This document shows positions 34,481 to 38,010 of a stretch of 38,010 bases of DNA, one piece after another. Positions within the stretch are counted from its first letter, which is position 1. Each line of letters starts with the position of its first letter. The notes beneath the pieces are model-generated. The model was not told the origin of the DNA. It made no database searches and worked only from the letters and a program-made list of their open reading frames with translations. Source of the stretch: Minisyncoccota bacterium. GTDB lineage: Bacteria > Patescibacteriota > Minisyncoccia > Phycocordibacterales > UBA9973. Location: NCBI GenBank assembly GCA_028718635.1, contig JAQULK010000002.1, positions 1-38,010 on the forward strand, read 5' to 3'. Made by a program: the position numbers and the translations under genes.

Positions 34481-34779
34481 CATGATATCACAAATTGCTT
34501 TGTGCATTGGACTATACGTTCGCAATTGCTTGCGGCCGGTTTGTAGTCTCTACAAGGAAAAATTCCTCTCGGTATTATCCCAATGGGATTTCACCGAAAA
34601 CCCCGACTTCATTCTCAAAATAAATTGAAAACCGCCGTGATTTGATTGGTTCTATCACTATACTTTCAAAACGAAAAAACTAAAACATAAATTAAATAAT
34701 TTTCCTCTGAGGGTTCAAACTGTACAAAATCCCCCTTCCCCCTCTCCTTAATAAGGAGAGGGTTGGGGTGAGGTTCTGT
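34481..34779 (-). ncRNA. Group I intron, ORF-less, in 23S rRNA at about E. coli position 2593
   Basis: The exons join as GGGTTCAGACCGT|CGTGAGACAGGTTGG (E. coli GGGTTTAGAACGT CGTGAGACAG). The 5' exon ends in U and the intron ends in G. R-like (GTAGAGACTACAAA) and S-like (AACGTATAGTCC) core elements are present. Confidence 0.8.
34731..34775. repeat. GC-rich palindromic repeat element (copy C), located inside the group I intron
   Basis: CCCCCTTCCCCCTCTCCTTAATAAGGAGAGGGTTGGGGTGAGGTT, with a perfect 11-bp palindrome CCCTCTCCTTA-A-TAAGGAGAGGG. The 3' half matches copy A (19715-19746). Confidence 0.75.
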
Positions 34780-35442
34780 ACGGTCTGAACCCAGCTCGCG
34801 TACCTTTTTAATTGGCGAACAGCCAAACGCTTGGCAGCTTCTCCACCGCCGCGCTAAGGTGAGCCGACATCGAGGTGCCGAACTCCGCCGTCGATATGAA
34901 CTCTTGGGCGGAACTAGCCTGTTATCCCTAGAGTAGCTTTTATCCGTTAATCTCCCACCGCGTCTAATACGGGTGGTCGGTTCACTATGTTCTACTTTCG
35001 TACCTGCTCGAGATGTGCCTCTTACAGTCAAGCAATCTTGTGCCATTACACTATCGGCACGGTTTCCATTCGCGCCTAGATTACCTTTAAACCCCTCCTT
35101 TACTCTTTAGGAGGGTACAGCCCCAGTAAAACTATCCACCATATACTGTCTCAATACGTTTTTGCCGTATTGGTTAGAACATGCCTTCAAAAAGAATGGT
35201 ATTTCACTGTCGAGTAGAGTACAGCCAAAACCGTACACATCAAACCCCTCCCATCTATGCTACGCAGTCCAAAAACATGCTCAATATAAAGTTATAGTAA
35301 AGCTTCTAGGGTCTTTTCGTCTAACTGCACTTAACCGGCATCTTCACCGGTATTGTATTTTCACCGAGCTGGTCCCCGAGACAGTTTCCCACTCATTACA
35401 CCATTCGTGCGCGTCGGAACTTACCCGACAAGGTATTTCGCT

Positions 35443-36266
35443 AGGGTTACCTTAATCTTTATGTCGCCATAAAGCCCGAACTCTATCTTACTAAGTTTAT
35501 GCTTAGCCTGACGTTTGGTTTCTGAGGATTCTAATAATATTCGCTCTGCTTTTTCTATGATTCATCTTTTCCATTATTTTGGCTATGCGTACAGCTCCAT
35601 TGATTTTTAGATGATTGCCTTTTTGTATTTCATTAAGACACTTAGAAAATAATTCAAAATTCTTTCTTTTTGCAGTTTTTAATTTATATTGATTAAAGAA
35701 AGGAATGATTGTATTTACTAAGTCTTCTTTTTTGCGGACAACATATCTATAAAGATGTTCTTTGTGGTTATCATATCTTTTATTTTGATACAGATTACCA
35801 ACTCCAAAAAAATCTTTTATCTTTTTTAAGCTTTCAATACTACTTTCACCTTGTGTAACGGAAAATTCATAAAATATTTGGTATCCGGTTTTGTATCCCC
35901 GTCGAATTCTATTTTTTTCTTTCTTGTCAGATTGTTTGACAAAATTAGTAGAAAAACATCCTTCTCCGTCTACAAAACCAACTACCCAACCAATCATTAT
36001 TAGTCTTTCCTGCTGATTTTCTGCATGAGATACTTTTTTACTCATAGTTTTTTGGACAAGTGTTATATAACACTTGCTTATTATATCATAAGTAGTACTC
36101 AATTCTACAGCATTTTATGCACAGATTTCCCAGCATATAGTCAGTTGTGGACATCCGCATAAGCGGATAGGCAACTTTTTGTGTAATTTTAACTAACTGT
36201 TTACTTTTTTCTACAACAGTCCCAGTCCTTAGACCACTCTTGATATTTTTTAAAAAGCGTGGCCTA
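35443..36266 (-). ncRNA. Group I-like intron carrying a LAGLIDADG ORF, in 23S rRNA at about E. coli position 1931
   Basis: Upstream exon ...GGCCGTAACTATAACGGTCCTAAGGT; downstream exon AGCGAAATACCTTGTCGGGTAAGTTCCGAC. P7-like pairing GGACU/AGUUC, with S-like AAGATAGAGTTC. The boundaries are ambiguous by a few nt. Confidence 0.7.
35503..36045 (-). CDS. LAGLIDADG homing endonuclease (single-motif type), intron-encoded
   Basis: MIGWVVGFVDGEGCFS is a LAGLIDADG motif. About 180 aa from MSKKVSHAENQQ. It lies wholly within the 23S insertion. Confidence 0.85.
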   Translation of the reverse strand: MSKKVSHAENQQERLIMIGWVVGFVDGEGCFSTNFVKQSDKKEKNRIRRGYKTGYQIFYEFSVTQGESSIESLKKIKDFFGVGNLYQNKRYDNHKEHLYRYVVRKKEDLVNTIIPFFNQYKLKTAKRKNFELFSKCLNEIQKGNHLKINGAVRIAKIMEKMNHRKSRANIIRILRNQTSG

Positions 36267-36301
<35 letters not shown>

Positions 36302-36457
36302 CAGGGCTTATATCAATCACCATCACATATTGCTACATAACAACGTCGATATTTGACCTTCTGGCATTGGTCAGGTGTCACCCCCTATACATCCTCTTAC
36401 GAGTTCGCAGGGAGCTGTGTTTTTGGTAAACAGTTGGCAGGAATACTTTCGCTGCGG

Positions 36458-36591
36458 CCCCCACACCTACTTTGCTATCGTTCTGTTTTTCAGAACAACA
36501 TTTTTATTACTTTAATATTCTAACTTTAAAATTTATCAAAAAAGATAAAACAAAATCAGAACAAAAAACAATAGCAAAGTAGGTGTGGGGG
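36458..36591 (-). other. 134-nt hairpin insertion (IVS-like helix extension) in 23S domain IV, variable helix near E. coli 1710-1750
   Basis: Perfect 21-bp stem CCCCCACACCTACTTTGCTAT (36458-36478) / ATAGCAAAGTAGGTGTGGGGG (36571-36591) around an AT-rich tip. It is flanked by conserved CTTCGGGATAAGGC and CTGCCAACTGTTTACC. Confidence 0.7.
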
Positions 36592-37663
36592 CAAGCCTTA
36601 TCCCGAAGTTACGGCTGCTTTTTTGCCGAGTTCCTTGGGGACCACTCACTCGTTCGTCTTGGTCTACTCGACCTGATCACCTGTGTCGGTTTGCGGTACG
36701 GATCTTATATTCATAAGTTTAGAGATTTTTCTTGGAAGCGCGCTTTGTATCATTGTCCTATTCCGAGGAATAAAACTTTTCATCTACCTTAGATTCGCCA
36801 TTAAAAGCAGTGTGCGGATTTTCCTACACCTCATCTTTAGTAAACAAACTTCAAATCCAATAATGAGCGATACATACTACACTCCGTCCTCCCGTCACTG
36901 AATACAAAAGTCAGGGAATATTAACCCTGTGTCCATCGAGTACGGTTTTCACCATTCCCTTAGGCCCGACTAACCCTTGGATGATTGACATTACCAAGGA
37001 AACCTTGATCTTTCGACGTGGCGCGTTCTCAACGCCATTGCGGTTACTTGTGCCAACATTCTTACTTCCAAACGCTCCACGGGCTCTCACGAGTCCCGCT
37101 TCACAGCAGATTGGAACACTCTCCTACCACATGAATTTCACGAATGAAATTCATATCCTCAAATTCGGTAATATACTTAGCCCCAATTATTTTCGACGCA
37201 AAATCTCTAGATGAGTGAGCTGTTACGCTATCTTTAAAGGATGGCTGCTTCTAAGCCAACCTCCTCATTGTTTAAGAAATCTCACCTTCTTGTCTTACAC
37301 TTAGTATATATTTAGGGACCTTATTTTGAGATCCGGGCTGTTTCCCTTTTGGCCAATGGAGCTTCGCCCCCATGGCCTAACTGCCAAGCTATGGTCTCTA
37401 GTATTCGGAGTTTGATAGGTTTTGCGAGATTGCTCCCTGTCAAAACCTTCCAGTGCTCTACCCCCAGAGAAAACACTTGACGCTAGCCCTAAAGCTATTT
37501 CGGAGAGAACCAGCTATTACAGGGTTCGATTAGCTTTTCACTCCTTACCACAAGTCATCGGGAGACGTTGTACGATCTATCCGTTCGGACCTCCATTCGT
37601 CTTTCGACGAACTTCATCCTGCTCATGGCAAGCTCACCCTGCTTCGGGTCTTATGCATGTTAC

Positions 37664-37739
37664 TATACCCGCACACTTATATGCTTGATGTTTACAACTT
37701 GCGCCCTTGGCGCCTCAAGCACATAAGTGTGCGGGTATA
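37664..37739 (-). other. 76-nt hairpin insertion in 23S domain II (about E. coli 630-650)
   Basis: TATACCCGCACACTTATATGCTTGA ... TCAAGCACATAAGTGTGCGGGTATA. It interrupts the conserved stretch between GGGAAACCGAGT and GACCCGAAGC. Confidence 0.65.
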
Positions 37740-37919
37740 ATTCGCGCTATTAACACTCGGTTTCCCTATGGCTGCGCTGTTTTAGCCAGCTTAGCCGAGC
37801 AGCATGCATAAACTCGTTGGCTCATTCTTCAATAGGCACGCTGTCGCAGATATAAATACCTGCTTCAACTCCTTGTAGACATACGGTTTCAGGTCTATTT
37901 CACCGCCCTAATCGGGCTG

Positions 37920-37956
<37 letters not shown>

Positions 37957-38010
37957 ATCTTTAAGAGTATTTAGCCTTAGCGGTTAGTTCCGCTAGATTC
38001 CCCCCGGCCA

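Noticed and set aside
34666-35046. 126-aa ORF, and other ORFs at 33897..34136, 35162..35455, 36086..36301, 36583..36901, 36981..37214 and 37422..37688
   Set aside because: All overlap 5S/23S rRNA or intron RNA whose conserved rRNA sequence blocks are unambiguous. They are ORF artefacts of structured RNA and of the GC-rich repeat.

Overview
The window is AT-rich and gene-dense, and almost everything is encoded on the minus strand. It looks like a Candidate Phyla Radiation (Patescibacteria) type genome: small housekeeping genes, an intron-containing 23S rRNA, and many small GC-rich palindromic insertions. That assignment is inference.

Content from left to right:
- Housekeeping and a small insertion: a dinB fragment, a large Cys-rich zinc-ribbon protein, pyrG and ftsEX. 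A small inserted islet (GIY-YIG nuclease plus mazEF) sits between ftsE and a shortened prfB.
- Hydrogenase-like operon: two tRNA-Thr genes, then a six-gene Hyf/Hyc-type (group 4 hydrogenase / complex I-like) membrane operon preceded by a hemerythrin gene.
- RNA genes and neighbours: an AlkD-like gene, tRNA-Asp and tRNA-Met, a tmRNA-like gene, and gatCA.
- Palindrome-bracketed loci and housekeeping: two paralogous Cas2-fold/PaaX-like small genes, each bracketed by its own palindrome, one next to a frameshifted phzF. Around them lie lemA-htpX, secDF, dedA, a PAP2 phosphatase gene, folD and a SEDS gene.
- Right end: an rve-type IS, then 5S rRNA and a partial 23S rRNA. The 23S carries two group I introns (one with a LAGLIDADG ORF) and two long hairpin insertions.

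The most interesting signal is the Hyf-like operon. The sequence shows that all four [NiFe] cysteines of the large subunit are gone. Three of the four [4Fe-4S] cysteines of the NuoB/HycG-like subunit are Asp. No ferredoxin-type (HycF/NuoI) subunit is encoded. The module therefore appears to lack redox cofactors while all six reading frames remain intact.

The genetic code appears standard: an RF2 with the SPF motif is present, and TGA is used as a stop codon.
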